Shown: one piece after another, positions 63,585 through 64,000 of the stretch
How the letters are laid out: each line of letters opens with the position of its first letter
How positions within the stretch are numbered: position 1 is the stretch's first letter
NCBI GenBank assembly: GCA_030390025.1
Contig: CM059432.1
Span: 82,152,001-82,216,000 of the forward strand
Length of the DNA: 64,000 nucleotides
Origin: Squalus acanthias
Lineage: Eukaryota
Reading direction: 5' to 3'
The notes under the pieces: model-generated
Seen by the model: the letters and a program-made list of their open reading frames with translations, nothing else
What the model was told of the DNA's origin: nothing
Database searches by the model: none
Program-made: the position numbers and the translations under genes

Positions 63585-64000
63585 ACAACCTGTATCGATA
63601 AAGCACCTTTCACAACCTCCGCATTCCTCAAAGTGCTTCACAGCCAATGAAATACTTTTGAAGTGCAGTCACTATTGAAATGTAGCAGCCAATTTGCATG
63701 CAGCAAGGTCCCACATACAACAATGAGATAAATGACTAGATAATCTATTTTAGTGTTTGAGGGATAAATATTGGCCAGGACACTGGGAGAATTCACCTGA
63801 TCATCTTCAAATAGTGCCATGGGACCTTCTAAATCCACCCGAAAGGGCAGAAAAGGCCTCGGTTTAGCATCTTATTTGAAAGACAGCACACCTCCTGTAT
63901 TAAAACACTCCCTCTGTTGCTGCACTGGAGTATCAGCTTAGATTATACACTCAAGTGCTGGAGTGGGGCTTGAACCCACAGTTTTCTGACCCTGAGGTGA
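63585..64000 (-). mobile_element. DeuSINE (SacSINE1-like) copy running off the window end
   Basis: Collinear with 17300-17720. Confidence 0.8.

Overview
Eukaryotic genomic DNA, most likely from a shark or ray, inferred from HE1-type V-SINEs, DeuSINE/SacSINE1-type SINEs and abundant CR1 LINEs. The only host gene is SULF1 (extracellular heparan-sulfate 6-O-endosulfatase), on the + strand. Five internal coding exons (18806-18956, 19193-19368, 27254-27382, 27812-27868, 46040-46169) have GT-AG ends and compatible phases. The rest is intron filled with transposable elements: two gene-bearing PIF/Harbinger transposons (one with a near-intact transposase), several Harbinger-type MITEs (one nested in another), a full-length decayed Gypsy LTR element with a 5-bp TSD, two young 5'-truncated Penelope-like elements, a Tc1/mariner-pogo MITE, many CR1/L2 LINE pieces and SINEs. 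The most notable observations are: (1) a minimal hammerhead-ribozyme motif in both Penelope copies, varying only at unconstrained positions; (2) a nested L2 > Harbinger > Penelope locus where the Penelope RT/GIY-YIG ORF is fused in frame to the acidic tail of the Harbinger transposase; (3) a locally templated insertion at a SINE 5' junction; (4) varied 3-bp TSDs across the Harbinger family. No prokaryotic features are present. I found no clearly new biological system; family assignments come from motif recognition, not database searches.
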